Positions 10,763-20,981 of a DNA stretch of 64,000 nt are shown here, one piece after another. How positions within the stretch are numbered: position 1 is the stretch's first letter; each line of letters begins with the position of its first letter. Position numbers and translations under genes: made by a program. The stretch is from positions 49,218 through 113,217 of the forward strand of contig JASBTF010000002.1 of the NCBI GenBank assembly GCA_030148545.1, written 5' to 3'. Below the pieces are notes generated by a model, which searched no databases, was not told the origin of the DNA, and was given only the letters and a program-made list of their open reading frames with translations. The stretch is from Pseudomonadota bacterium. Its GTDB lineage: Bacteria; Pseudomonadota; Alphaproteobacteria; UBA2136; JASBTF01.

Positions 10763-13300
10763 ATGACCACCTATAACCCTACTGAAACAGAATCTAAATG
10801 GCAAAGCCACTGGGCGGAACAGCAAGCTTTTAACAAGCCAGATCAAGATGGCGATAAGCCAAATTACTACGTGCTGGAGATGCTGCCATACCCATCGGGT
10901 AAGCTACACATGGGGCATGTGCGTAATTACACACTGGGCGATGTTTTGGCGCGCTTTATGAGTGCTAAGGGGTATAATGTATTGCACCCAATGGGGTGGG
11001 ATTCTTTTGGCCTTCCAGCTGAGAATGCGGCGCTGAAAAACAAGGTGCACCCAGCAGCGTGGACCAAAGACAACATTGCCTACATGAAGCAGGTGATGAA
11101 CAAGTTTGGCTGGAGCTACGACTGGAACCGCGAAGTAGCCACCTGCACACCAGAATATTACCAACACCAGCAAGCACTTTTCTTGGATATGTACGCGCAG
11201 GACTTAGTGTACCGCAAAGAATCTATGGTGAATTGGGACCCCGTGGAACAAACAGTGCTTGCTAATGAGCAAGTGGTGGATGGCAAGGGTTGGCGTAGCG
11301 GTGCGCCTGTGGAACGTAAAACATTAGCGCAATGGTTTTTTAAAATTACGCATTATGCGCAAGAGTTGTTAGATGACCTTGACCAGCTAGAAGGTTGGCC
11401 AGAGCGTGTGAAAATTATGCAGGAAAAATGGCTGGGCCGTAGTGAAGGTATAACCTTTGGTATGGATGTAACTGGCCATGACAGCCAATTAACCGTTTAT
11501 ACCACACGCCCAGACACAGTATTTGGTATGACATTTTGTGCCGTGGCGCCCGAACACCCACTAGCTCAAGCTACAGCTGAAAATGATGCCAAGGCCCAAA
11601 CCTTTATTGCCGAAACGCAGGGTATGGGTACGGCTGAAGATATTATTGAAAAAGCTGAGAAAAAAGGCTACCTCACGCCGTTTAAAGCGGTGCACCCGTT
11701 TACAGGTGAAGAGCTACCAATTTACATTGGTAACTTTGTGTTGATGAGCTACGGCAGTGGCGCAGTAATGGCCGTACCAGGTCACGATGAGCGCGATTAC
11801 GCCTTTGCTACCAAGTATAACTTGCCCATTAAAACTGTGGTGCAGGGTGCAGATATGCCTGCTGATAATGCTTATACAGGCACGGGAACGCTTGTAGACT
11901 CTGGTGAGTACACGGGTATGGATAATGTGGCTGCTAAAGCCGCTATTATTGAAGCTTTGGAACAAAAGCAGGTTGGCGCGCGTAAGGTGAATTGGCGCCT
12001 GCGTGACTGGGGTGTTTCTCGCCAACGTTATTGGGGTTGCCCTATTCCGTTCATTCACTGTGATGACTGTGGCGTGGTGCCAGTACCAAAGGATCAACTC
12101 CCCGTTCAGCTGCCTGATGATGTGAGTTTTGATAAGCCGGGTAACCCCTTAGAACATCACCCAACATGGAAGCAGTGTACCTGCCCTAAATGCGGTAGTG
12201 CAGCAACGCGTGAAACCGATACTATGGATACATTTGTAGATAGCTCATGGTATTTTGCGCGTTATACCTGCGCCCAGGCAGAAGCACCTGTTGATGTTGA
12301 AGCAGCCAAACAGTGGTTGCCAGTACACCAATACATTGGTGGTATTGAGCATGCGGTGTTGCATTTGCTGTATGCGCGTTTCTTCACCAAAGCATTGCGT
12401 GACTGTGGCCATTTACCGGGTGTGGATGAGCCATTTAGTGCGCTGCTATGCCAAGGTATGGTGGTGGGTAATACCTACCAAGCGCCTAATGGAGACTATA
12501 TTTACCCTAGCCAGGTAGAATGGCGTGGCGACGAGGCTTACCATAAGGAAACAGGCGATAAGCTGACTGTTGGCCGTAACCAAAAGATTTCTAAATCTAA
12601 AAACAACGGTGATGATCCCATTAACTTGGTGGAAAAATATGGTGCCGATACGCTGCGCGTGTTCATGATGTTTACCGCCCCACCAGAGCGTGATTTGGAA
12701 TATACCGATAGTGGAATTGAAGGCGCGTGGCGCTTCCTCAACCGTGTTATTGCATTGGCCGATAAAGTAACTGGCGTTGGTGGTATTGTACCAATGAGCA
12801 GCCTACAACGTGCCGAAGCACAGGCTGTGAAACGTAAGATTCACCAAACAATTGCTAAAGTGACTAAGGATTTAGAAAGTTTTAATTACAACACCATGGT
12901 GGCGGCTATTATGGAGCTCAGCAACACGTTGGGTAGCTTTACACCGCAGGATGATGTGGAACAACAGTTGCTCCACGAAGGGGTGAGCGCGTTGCTACAG
13001 CTGCTTAACCCAGCGGCACCGCACTTAAGTGAAGAGTTGTGGCAACAGCTAGGCCACACCACACCATTATGGCAAACACCGTGGTTGGGTTTTGATGCCG
13101 AAGCCGCCAAGGATAATGAAATCACCTTGGTGGTGCAGGTAAATGGCAAGCTGCGTGCGCGTTTGCAGGTGGCAGCAGATATCAGCAAGGAAGATGCGGA
13201 ACAACAAGCGCTAGACGCAATTTCCGACCAGCTAGATGGCCAAACAATTCGCAAAACTATTGTGGTCCCTGGCCGTCTTGTTAATGTGGTGGCTGCATAA
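10763..13300 (+). CDS. leuS: Leucine--tRNA ligase
   Basis: HMGH and KISKSK class I motifs. 845 aa. CP1 editing domain present. Confidence 0.97.
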   Translation: MTTYNPTETESKWQSHWAEQQAFNKPDQDGDKPNYYVLEMLPYPSGKLHMGHVRNYTLGDVLARFMSAKGYNVLHPMGWDSFGLPAENAALKNKVHPAAWTKDNIAYMKQVMNKFGWSYDWNREVATCTPEYYQHQQALFLDMYAQDLVYRKESMVNWDPVEQTVLANEQVVDGKGWRSGAPVERKTLAQWFFKITHYAQELLDDLDQLEGWPERVKIMQEKWLGRSEGITFGMDVTGHDSQLTVYTTRPDTVFGMTFCAVAPEHPLAQATAENDAKAQTFIAETQGMGTAEDIIEKAEKKGYLTPFKAVHPFTGEELPIYIGNFVLMSYGSGAVMAVPGHDERDYAFATKYNLPIKTVVQGADMPADNAYTGTGTLVDSGEYTGMDNVAAKAAIIEALEQKQVGARKVNWRLRDWGVSRQRYWGCPIPFIHCDDCGVVPVPKDQLPVQLPDDVSFDKPGNPLEHHPTWKQCTCPKCGSAATRETDTMDTFVDSSWYFARYTCAQAEAPVDVEAAKQWLPVHQYIGGIEHAVLHLLYARFFTKALRDCGHLPGVDEPFSALLCQGMVVGNTYQAPNGDYIYPSQVEWRGDEAYHKETGDKLTVGRNQKISKSKNNGDDPINLVEKYGADTLRVFMMFTAPPERDLEYTDSGIEGAWRFLNRVIALADKVTGVGGIVPMSSLQRAEAQAVKRKIHQTIAKVTKDLESFNYNTMVAAIMELSNTLGSFTPQDDVEQQLLHEGVSALLQLLNPAAPHLSEELWQQLGHTTPLWQTPWLGFDAEAAKDNEITLVVQVNGKLRARLQVAADISKEDAEQQALDAISDQLDGQTIRKTIVVPGRLVNVVAA

Positions 13301-13331
13301 TGTTCCGTATAAGTGAGCCAGGGAGTAAAGC

Positions 13332-13847
13332 ATGTTGAAAGTATTGTTGGTTATTCCATTTCTAGCTGGGTGTATGGGGTATAAGCCGTTGTATGAGCAG
13401 GCTTCTGCCGCCCGTACCGAGCAAGTACAGCTTGGTGTGGTGGAAATGACCGAGCTGGAAGAAGGTGTGGGTGCACGCCGTGCCGCACAGCAAGTACGGC
13501 AAGAGCTATTGCGCGTTTTTCCGCTACAGGGTGGTGACTATACCTTGAATATTGCTATTCGTGAGCGTGTGGGAACACTGGCGGTACGCCGAGATGCAAC
13601 CGACCAGCGTTTGGAGTTACGTTTACGTGGCCAAGTACGGCTAGAAAATGCAGCTGGTGAAAGATTGTTGGTGTTTAGCGCTTCTACCGAGGCAGCGTAT
13701 AACGTGGGTACCAGCCCCTACGCGACCGATGCAGGTAAGGTGCAGGCACGCCGCACAGCAAGCCGTGCTTTGAGCGAGGAAGTTGCGCTGCGCGTACGGC
13801 GTTATTTGGCGACGGTGGAAGAGTCTAATGATCAGGAGATTAAATGA
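13332..13847 (+). CDS. lptE: LPS-assembly lipoprotein LptE
   Basis: Lipobox FLAGCMGY. 171 aa. Conserved leuS-lptE-holA order. Confidence 0.75.
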   Translation: MLKVLLVIPFLAGCMGYKPLYEQASAARTEQVQLGVVEMTELEEGVGARRAAQQVRQELLRVFPLQGGDYTLNIAIRERVGTLAVRRDATDQRLELRLRGQVRLENAAGERLLVFSASTEAAYNVGTSPYATDAGKVQARRTASRALSEEVALRVRRYLATVEESNDQEIK

Positions 13848-13886
13848 AATATTTAACCTCCTGTGGGGGGCACCCCCAACCCCGCG

Positions 13887-13932
13887 CCAACCTTTGTTTC
13901 AACATAACAAGTGAGGTTGAAACAAAGGTTGG
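13887..13932. repeat. Perfect 17-bp inverted repeat (ccaacctttgtttcaac ... gttgaaacaaaggttgg) with a 12-nt loop. It is flanked by G6/C5 and ccaacc/ggttgg mini-palindromes.
   Basis: Read directly from the sequence in the lptE-holA gap. No T-tract follows it. Confidence 0.8.
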
Positions 13933-14038
13933 CGACCAACCCTGTGGTTGGCAGAGTTTTGATGTTAGCAGTGCGTTTATACAAGCTGCCCAAACGTGTG
14001 GTTACGATCACGATGCGGGACAAAAGGCAGGCTAGCCT

Positions 14039-15034
14039 GTGGAGTGGAAAGCTTGGCAAGTTGAAAAGGAATTGGCGGCGGGGCAAGTACCGCCATTCGT
14101 TTTGGTGTATGGCGATGATCATGGCGCCGTGCATAACATTGCGCAGCAGGTGGTTGCTGCCAGTGGTGTTGCGCTGGGTGATCCGTTTTTAAGCGACCAG
14201 ATTGACGGTGCTGAGCTGCAGGAATCGCCTGGACGTTTACTGGAAGCAGCAACTACCATGGGCTTTGGTGGTGGTATGCGTTTGGTGCGTGTACAGGGTG
14301 CTGCCGCAGGTCAGGGCAAGAGCATGGCCGATGCTGTTACCAATGCCGCCCTAAGCTGCCTACAAGCCGATTTGGTGGACGTTTGTGTGGTGTTGCCAGT
14401 AAGTGGGTTAGATACAAAGAGCAAGCTCGCAAAAGAGGTTGCAAAGCACCCTAGCGCAGTAGCTGTGCGCTGTTTTGCCGCACAGGCGCGAGATGTAGCT
14501 ACAACCATTCGTAATACCTTCCAACAAGCAGGTAAGCGCTGCAATGCCGAAGCACAGCAATTTTTGCAAGATAACTTGGGGCAGGATGCCGCTATTACTC
14601 AGCACGAGCTTAACAAGCTGATTACCTACCTGGGTGACCGAGATGAAGCAACGTTAGATGATGTGTTGGCAGTGTTGGCCAGCGCGCCTTCTCGTAACGT
14701 GTTTGCACTGTGCGATGCTGTGGGCAACCGCCAAACAAGTCAGGCTGATAAATTATTGCATTTGCTACTTGGTGAGGGTGAGGATCCATACAGCGTTGCC
14801 AATATGGTGCACCGGCACCTTAACCGTTTGAGTCATGCTCAACAGGGTTTGCCTGTAGTACCACCGGTGCCGCCGTTCCAAAAACAGGCGTTTCAGGCGC
14901 AGGTAGATCGTTACCCCGCTAAGCGTTTACATAAACTCGCCTCACGCTATTTGGAGCTCCAGCTCCAGCTGCGTGGTGGTGTATTGCCTCCAGAGCTTGC
15001 AGTAAGCCGTTGGGTGCTGGGCATGGCGGCGTGA
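14039..15034 (+). CDS. holA: DNA polymerase III delta subunit HolA (GTG start)
   Basis: FVLVYGDDHG N-terminal motif. 331 aa. Synteny after lptE. The in-frame TAG at 14033 forces the start to GTG 14039. Confidence 0.75.
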   Translation: MEWKAWQVEKELAAGQVPPFVLVYGDDHGAVHNIAQQVVAASGVALGDPFLSDQIDGAELQESPGRLLEAATTMGFGGGMRLVRVQGAAAGQGKSMADAVTNAALSCLQADLVDVCVVLPVSGLDTKSKLAKEVAKHPSAVAVRCFAAQARDVATTIRNTFQQAGKRCNAEAQQFLQDNLGQDAAITQHELNKLITYLGDRDEATLDDVLAVLASAPSRNVFALCDAVGNRQTSQADKLLHLLLGEGEDPYSVANMVHRHLNRLSHAQQGLPVVPPVPPFQKQAFQAQVDRYPAKRLHKLASRYLELQLQLRGGVLPPELAVSRWVLGMAA

Positions 15035-15056
15035 CCAAACCAGTGTTGTGTAACAA

Positions 15057-15082
15057 CAAAAAACGATTAAATATCGTTTTTA
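15057..15082 (+). terminator. Rho-independent terminator after holA
   Basis: aaaacgat-taaa-tatcgtttt hairpin. Confidence 0.65.
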
Positions 15083-15161
15083 GGATTGTGTCCCGAAGAC
15101 TTATATGCGCGCCGTAGGCGCAGGATATAAGTCGCAGGAAAGGAAAAATAGGAAAAGGTAA

Positions 15162-15515
15162 ATGGATACCCCTTTAGAAATCAAACTCAGCAAGGACAAA
15201 CAAACGCTAAGCGTTGTGTTTGCTGAGGCAACGTATGACCTACCGGCCGAGTTTTTGCGGGTGGAAAGCCCAAGCGCCGAAGTGCGCGGCCACGCCTTTG
15301 CTGAGAAAAAGTTGATTAGCGGTAAGCGTGATGTGACCATTACCAACATTTTGCCGCAGGGCAATTATGCGGTGCGCCTCATGTTCTCCGACGGTCATCA
15401 AACAGGCATTTACACATGGGAATATTTGCAGGAATTAGGTGCTAACCAGCAGCAAATCTGGCAAACTTATCTCAATAATTTACTCGATAACGATCTACAA
15501 CGGAGCGCTGCATGA
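15162..15515 (+). CDS. DUF971-like protein (gamma-butyrobetaine hydroxylase-like N-terminal domain family)
   Basis: 117 aa. Carries the conserved ...ESPSAEVRGH...DGH.TGIY.W.YL pattern. Overlaps the next gene by 4 nt. Confidence 0.5.
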   Translation: MDTPLEIKLSKDKQTLSVVFAEATYDLPAEFLRVESPSAEVRGHAFAEKKLISGKRDVTITNILPQGNYAVRLMFSDGHQTGIYTWEYLQELGANQQQIWQTYLNNLLDNDLQRSAA

Positions 15516-15958
15516 AACAGTTAATTGCCTTTATGGCGTTGGTTTTAGCCACCACAAGCTATGCTGAACTTAATAACCCTAAGCCAAACAATGTGGCTGT
15601 GAGCGGTGCTTGGGCGCGTGCTACCCCACCCAATGCTAAGGCCGCAGCGGTGTACTTTACCCTACGCACTGCCGATGGTGATGCGCTGGTAGGTGCCAGT
15701 AGCCCAGCAGCTGAGCGCGTGGAAATTCATGAAACAGTGATGTATCCCAACGGTATGATGGAAATGCAGTACCGTGAAACAGTGGAGCTAACGCAAAACA
15801 CGGTGTATCAGTTTAAGCCGCACAGCTACCACGTTATGTTGCTGGGTCTGTATGAACCACTGCAAGCAGGCTACGAGCTACCACTAACGCTGGAGTTTGC
15901 TACCGCCGGCCGCAAAGTAGTGCGTGTACCCATTCAACCCCTAACCTACCAACCGTAA
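15512..15958 (+). CDS. Periplasmic copper chaperone PCu(A)C family (DUF461)
   Basis: Signal peptide plus the H..M...M copper-binding motif (IHETVMYPNGMMEM). Confidence 0.7.
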   Translation: MKQLIAFMALVLATTSYAELNNPKPNNVAVSGAWARATPPNAKAAAVYFTLRTADGDALVGASSPAAERVEIHETVMYPNGMMEMQYRETVELTQNTVYQFKPHSYHVMLLGLYEPLQAGYELPLTLEFATAGRKVVRVPIQPLTYQP

Positions 15959-15972
15959 TAGGAGCCTGAAAA

Positions 15973-16707
15973 ATGCTTTATGTTTTTGATGTTGACCATA
16001 CGCTGACGCCAAGTAGCTACCCTATGGAAGATGAAATGCTGCCAGTTATGCTGGAGTTTGTGCAAACACAGCAGGTAATCCTTAACACAGGGTCAGATCA
16101 CACCAAAATGTGCTGGCAAATTCCTCAGCAAATCCGTGAACATTGCTTAGCGTTGTACCCTCAGCTGGGCGGTGAGTGCTGGAAAGGCGATGAGCAGCTA
16201 TACAAAAATGACTTTGTGTGGCCACAAGGGTTGCGTGAAGCGCTGGACCAAGAACTTACCAATAGCCAAGCGCCAGATAAAACAGGCGACCATGTGCAAG
16301 ACCGTGGTTCTATGGCGTGTTTTTCCACCGTGGGTAAAGCGGCAGAAAAACCAGAGCGTGCCCGCTATGCCGCGTTTGACCAGCAAACTCAAGAGCGTGA
16401 AGGTATTGCTGCGCGCTTGCGTGCACAGTTCCCTGGTATCGCGTTTGAAATTGGTGGTCAAACAAGTATCAATATTTCGCAAGAAGGGGCGGATAAAAGC
16501 CAGATTTTGACCCATATTCGCCAAACATGGCAGGACCCAATCACCCACTTTGGCGATAAAATGCAGCCCGGTGGCACCGACTACCCTTTGGCACAAGCAC
16601 TGGAGCAAGAAAACCAGCAAACAGGTAAAGGTAATATCAACATTGAGGTTGATGGTTGGCAAGATACCATGGCACACCTCAAACAAGTTTTAGCAAAGGC
16701 GGCGTAA
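15973..16707 (+). CDS. HAD-superfamily hydrolase, phosphomannomutase (PMM-type, HAD-IIB)-like
   Basis: FDVDHTLT (the DxDxT motif) at the N-terminus. ILNTGSD resembles the PMM GGSD motif. Confidence 0.5.
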   Translation: MLYVFDVDHTLTPSSYPMEDEMLPVMLEFVQTQQVILNTGSDHTKMCWQIPQQIREHCLALYPQLGGECWKGDEQLYKNDFVWPQGLREALDQELTNSQAPDKTGDHVQDRGSMACFSTVGKAAEKPERARYAAFDQQTQEREGIAARLRAQFPGIAFEIGGQTSINISQEGADKSQILTHIRQTWQDPITHFGDKMQPGGTDYPLAQALEQENQQTGKGNINIEVDGWQDTMAHLKQVLAKAA

Positions 16708-17616
16708 ATGACCCTCATTCAAGCAACAGGGCTTACCAAAACATACCGCACCACCAATGCGGTAAAAGGGATTGATTTTACTATTGAGGCAGGTGGTTGT
16801 GTGGGTCTGTTGGGGCCAAATGGCGCCGGCAAAACCACCACTATGAAAATGCTCGTGGGCCAAACCACCATTACTGATGGTGAGCTAACTTTGTTTGATG
16901 TGCCAGTAAGCAAACTGAGCGCGGATGAGCGCGGTCGCCTTGGTTTGGTGAGCCAAGACAACAACTTGGACCCTGACCTGACCGTAGAGCAAAACTTGCA
17001 GCTTTATGGGCGCTACTATGGCCTAAGCCGCGATGAAGTAGCACCGCGGGTGGAAGCGTTGTTGGATTTTGTCCAGCTGAAGGAAAAACGTAACGACAGT
17101 GTACGCGCGCTGAGCGGTGGTATGCAGCGCCGTTTGGTAATTGCTCGCGCGCTGATTGCCGACCCTGAATTGGTGATTTTAGACGAGCCAACCACGGGGC
17201 TAGACCCTCAAGCACGGGTGTTGATTTGGCAGCGTGTATTGGAGCTGAAAAAGCAGGGCAAAACCCTGTTGCTCACCACCCACTACATGGATGAAGCACA
17301 ACGCCTGTGCGATCGCATTATTGTGATTGATGGTGGCGAGATTTTAGATGATGGCACACCAAAAGAGTTGATTAAACGCCACGTACCAACACAGGTGTAT
17401 GAGGTAAATAAACCCCTACCAAAAGCACTAGAGGATGATTTGAGCAGTTTTGAAGCGGATGACCTAGGCGACAGCGTGCAAGTGTACGTAAACGACCCAA
17501 AACAGTTGTTTGAAAAACTAGATCACCCCGAAACACAGGTGCGCCTGCATCGCCCTGCCAACTTGGAGGATGTGTTCCTCCGGCTCACAGGCCGTAATTT
17601 ACGGGAGGGTGCGTAA
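16708..17616 (+). CDS. ABC transporter ATP-binding protein (ABC-2 / NodI-like exporter subunit)
   Basis: Walker A GPNGAGKTT, signature LSGGMQRR, Walker B LVILDEPT. Confidence 0.9.
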   Translation: MTLIQATGLTKTYRTTNAVKGIDFTIEAGGCVGLLGPNGAGKTTTMKMLVGQTTITDGELTLFDVPVSKLSADERGRLGLVSQDNNLDPDLTVEQNLQLYGRYYGLSRDEVAPRVEALLDFVQLKEKRNDSVRALSGGMQRRLVIARALIADPELVILDEPTTGLDPQARVLIWQRVLELKKQGKTLLLTTHYMDEAQRLCDRIIVIDGGEILDDGTPKELIKRHVPTQVYEVNKPLPKALEDDLSSFEADDLGDSVQVYVNDPKQLFEKLDHPETQVRLHRPANLEDVFLRLTGRNLREGA

Positions 17617-18378
17617 ATGAAACTTATATCTGCCTTATTATTGCGCCAGTTTTTGGTGTGGCGCCAGTTGTGGATTGGCTCTACGTTGACCAACTTTGCC
17701 AACCCGGCCTTGTTCCTATACGCATTTGGTTTTGGCTTGGGCAGTATGCTGGCCACAGTAGGTGGGGTGGATTACCTCAGTTACATTGTGCCCGGCATGG
17801 TGGCGTACAGCATTTTGTTTAGCGCCAACTTTGATACTACCATTAACGCCTACAGCCGTTTTCAGGTACAGCGCACGTACGATGCATTGCTCGCCACACC
17901 AGTGCGCTTGCCGCATATTGTCCTGTCCGAAATTTTGTGGGCTGCCCTAAAAGCATTGGTGAATGGTGCTGGTGTGCTGCTGGTAGCCGCATTTTTTGGC
18001 GGTGTAGATAGCTTAAGTAATGCCTTACTTACGTTGCCACTGTTCCTGCTGGGTGGGCTAGTTATTGCGTCTATTGGGCTTATGTTTACGTCTCTGGCTA
18101 AGGGTTTTGAGTTTTTTAGCTACATCTTCACCCTGTGGGTGACGCCTAACTTTTTGTTCACTGGCGTGTTCTGGGAAATCGACCGTTACCCTTGGTTTAT
18201 TGAATATATTGCCTACGCCTTGCCGCTACACCACTTGGTGGAAGCCACGCGCCCGCTATTGCTTAATCAACCAGTGGATATGGGTATGTTTGCTATTCAT
18301 GTGGGTTATTTAGCTGTGCTTACAGCCGTAGCAACCGCTGTAGCGCTGGCTCGTTTTAATAAACGGTTGTTCGACTAA
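17617..18378 (+). CDS. ABC-2 family transporter permease
   Basis: 253 aa with six predicted TM segments. Start codon immediately follows the ATPase stop. Confidence 0.85.
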   Translation: MKLISALLLRQFLVWRQLWIGSTLTNFANPALFLYAFGFGLGSMLATVGGVDYLSYIVPGMVAYSILFSANFDTTINAYSRFQVQRTYDALLATPVRLPHIVLSEILWAALKALVNGAGVLLVAAFFGGVDSLSNALLTLPLFLLGGLVIASIGLMFTSLAKGFEFFSYIFTLWVTPNFLFTGVFWEIDRYPWFIEYIAYALPLHHLVEATRPLLLNQPVDMGMFAIHVGYLAVLTAVATAVALARFNKRLFD

Positions 18379-19085
18379 TGGCCGCAGCAAGTCGCGCTAT
18401 TGTTTTTGATACGGAGACCACCGGCCTGAGTCCGGCGGAAGGTCACCGTATTATTGAAATCGGCATGCTAGAGGTGCGCGATGCGGTGCCCACAGGCCGC
18501 AAGTTCCATAAATATATCGACCCAGAGCGCGAAGTGTCGCTGGAATCAACCCGTATTACCGGCATTACCAACGAGGCTTTGCAAGGTATGCCCAAGTTTG
18601 CCGAGCTGGTGGATGAAATGCTGGAATTTGTCGGCGATGCAGCGTTGGTTGCGCATAATGCCTCGTTCGATATGAACTTTTTGAACCACGAGTTGGGCTT
18701 GCTGGGGCGTAATGCATTGAGTAATGAGGTTATTGATACCCTGGCCCTAGCGCGTAAAGCGTTCCCTGGTGCGCGCCACAGTTTGGATGCGTTGTGTCAG
18801 CGCTATGGGGTGGATAACACAGGCCGTAACTACCACGGTGCGTTGTTGGATGCTGAGCTACTGGCTGATGTGTACTTGGAGCTTACTGGCGGCCGCCAAC
18901 GTTCACTAGGTGGTATTGCGGGTAATACAGCGGTTATTGGTGGTGAGCAGACAGCTAAACCAAAGCGAGCACTAGCACAGCTGGGGCGCGACCCACTTAT
19001 TACCCAGCCAACCGAGGCTGAGCTCTACGCTCACCGCGAGCAAATGAGTCGTCTTGAGAAAAACCTATGGTATTCGGATAATTAA
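18378..19085 (+). CDS. dnaQ: DNA polymerase III epsilon subunit (3'-5' exonuclease)
   Basis: Exo I AIVFDTETTGL, Exo II VAHNASFDMNFL, Exo III YHGALLDAELLADVY. Confidence 0.9.
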   Translation: MAAASRAIVFDTETTGLSPAEGHRIIEIGMLEVRDAVPTGRKFHKYIDPEREVSLESTRITGITNEALQGMPKFAELVDEMLEFVGDAALVAHNASFDMNFLNHELGLLGRNALSNEVIDTLALARKAFPGARHSLDALCQRYGVDNTGRNYHGALLDAELLADVYLELTGGRQRSLGGIAGNTAVIGGEQTAKPKRALAQLGRDPLITQPTEAELYAHREQMSRLEKNLWYSDN

Positions 19086-19282
19086 TAGATAATATCTATT
19101 GACTTTAGAAAACGCATAGGTATAGTGCGTATAGTTTTGTAGAATTTGGACATTCTGAAAAAACTATGCCTGCTGGGGATACAGCAGGCCAAACGTGAAG
19201 CGCCGCAATGGCTTTGCCATTGTTAGCTGAGCGATTTGCACAACGCAAAAATAGAAAATTTTTAAGTTGAGACCTTAAAGTT

Positions 19283-20239
19283 ATGAGTACTACTGAACAT
19301 CGCCAAGTTATTGTTTTAGGCAGCGGCCCTGCGGGCTGTAGCGCCTCTATTTACGCAACCCGTGCTGGACTGCAAACCACTATGATTCACGGCATGCAGC
19401 CGGGTGGTCAGCTGACCATCACCACCGATGTGGAGAACTACCCCGGTTATGCCGACCCTGTGCAAGGCCCGTGGATGATGGAGCAAATGCACCAGCAGGC
19501 CATTAACGTGGGTACCGAGGTGTTGCAGGATCATATTAAAGCTGCGCACTTGCAGGAGCGCCCATTCCGCTTAGAAGGCGAGAGCGGCACTACCTACACC
19601 TGCGATGTGCTGATTATTGCGACCGGCGCCAGCGCCAAATGGCTGGGTATGGAAAGCGAGCAAAAGTTCAACGGCCGCGGTGTATCTGCCTGCGCCACCT
19701 GTGATGGTGCGTTTTACAACGGTCAAGATGTAGCGGTAATTGGTGGTGGTAACAGTGCGCTGGAAGAGGCTTTGTACCTTAGCAAAATTGCTAAAAGCGT
19801 AACCATGATCCATCGTCGTGACGAGTTCCGTGGTGAAAAAATTCTCCACGAGCGTGTGTTTGATACCGACAATATCAGCGTGAAATGGAACCGCACTGTG
19901 GACGAATTTGTTGGTGATGCGACCGGTTTAACGCACCTTAAGCTGAAATCCACTACCGATGGTTCAATTGAAGAAGTACCAGTATTGGGCGCTTTTGTGG
20001 CGATTGGCCACAAGCCAAATACCGATTTGTTTAAAGGCCAGTTAGATATGGATGCAACCGGCTACCTAACCACCCCAGCAGGCCAAGTAACCACCAATAT
20101 TCCAGGTGTGTTCGCTGCTGGTGATGTAGCCGACAGCGTGTACCGCCAAGCGGTAACCGCCGCTGGTTTAGGTTGCATGGCCGCGCTAGACGCCGCCCGC
20201 TACTTAGAAGCCGAAGCACACAAGGCTAAAGCTGCTTAA
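19283..20239 (+). CDS. trxB: Thioredoxin reductase
   Basis: GSGPAGCSASIYA FAD site, redox-active CATCDG, GGGNSALEEA NADPH site. Confidence 0.95.
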   Translation: MSTTEHRQVIVLGSGPAGCSASIYATRAGLQTTMIHGMQPGGQLTITTDVENYPGYADPVQGPWMMEQMHQQAINVGTEVLQDHIKAAHLQERPFRLEGESGTTYTCDVLIIATGASAKWLGMESEQKFNGRGVSACATCDGAFYNGQDVAVIGGGNSALEEALYLSKIAKSVTMIHRRDEFRGEKILHERVFDTDNISVKWNRTVDEFVGDATGLTHLKLKSTTDGSIEEVPVLGAFVAIGHKPNTDLFKGQLDMDATGYLTTPAGQVTTNIPGVFAAGDVADSVYRQAVTAAGLGCMAALDAARYLEAEAHKAKAA

Positions 20240-20254
20240 GCCAAGTTAAATGAA

Positions 20255-20280
20255 AAGCCCCCAACAGGGGGCTTTTTTGT
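20255..20280 (+). terminator. Rho-independent terminator after trxB
   Basis: gccccc-aaca-gggggc followed by tttttt. Confidence 0.8.
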
Positions 20281-20432
20281 TATGCATATGGTTTTTTTAT
20301 CACTCTAAATAAAAGAGTGATAATTTTTGCTTGAACGCTATTCTGTAAGGCGGTATATTATCACTCGTTAGCAGAGAGTGCTAACGGTTGAGAAATGAGT
20401 AAATTGATAATAAATATAAGGAGATAAGTATC

Positions 20433-20891
20433 ATGACTTGGCTCACAACAACCCGCCGTAACCGCCCATTTAATATGCTGGAGGATATGGATACCATGTT
20501 CGATAGTATGTTTGGTAACCTGCGCCCCACCTTGGCGCTGGATACCAGCAATTTCAGCAGTAGCTTTACCCCCGCGGTGGATGTGCAGGAAACCGAAACA
20601 TCCTACGAGCTGCAGGCCGATTTGCCGGGCATGCAAAAGCAGGATATTACAGTAGACCTGTCGGATAATGTGCTGACTCTGAAAGGCGAGCGCACTGTGG
20701 AGCGTGATGAAGAAAGCAATGGCCAGCGCATTTACGAGCGCCGTAGCGGTAGTTTTCAACGCAGCTTTAGCCTGCCGCAGGAAGTTAAAAGCGAAGCGGT
20801 AGAGGCCAGCTTCAACAACGGTGTGTTGCACATTAGCTTGCCCAAAGCCGCACCAGCACAACCACAAAAGAAAACCATTGAGGTGAAATAA
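20433..20891 (+). CDS. Small heat-shock protein, Hsp20/alpha-crystallin family
   Basis: The alpha-crystallin domain (AVDVQETETSYELQADLPGMQKQDITVDL...LTLKGER) and the C-terminal IxV-like KKTIEVK are present. Confidence 0.9.
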   Translation: MTWLTTTRRNRPFNMLEDMDTMFDSMFGNLRPTLALDTSNFSSSFTPAVDVQETETSYELQADLPGMQKQDITVDLSDNVLTLKGERTVERDEESNGQRIYERRSGSFQRSFSLPQEVKSEAVEASFNNGVLHISLPKAAPAQPQKKTIEVK

Positions 20892-20913
20892 ACACACCTT
20901 ACCTAACCAAAGA

Positions 20914-20945
20914 ACCCCCGCCACGTGGCGGGGCTTTGCTTTGTA
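20914..20945 (+). terminator. Terminator after hsp20
   Basis: ccccgcc-acgt-ggcgggg hairpin followed by ctttgctttg. Confidence 0.65.
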
Positions 20946-20981
20946 CTCGACAAGGACTCTCTTTTTAGGTGGAATGTGGGC

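Noticed and set aside
13844-14192. Several 60-90-aa ORFs on both strands in the lptE-holA gap
   Set aside because: They are drawn through the stacked hairpin region and overlap the holA start. Composition-driven.
16172-16686. Overlapping ORFs inside the PMM-like HAD gene (both strands)
   Set aside because: Out-of-frame and antisense overlaps of a gene with a clear DxDxT start. No independent support.
20925-20981. Upstream extension of the HAD hydrolase ORF
   Set aside because: It would run through the hsp20 terminator hairpin. The DxDxT motif sits correctly only with the ATG at 20982.
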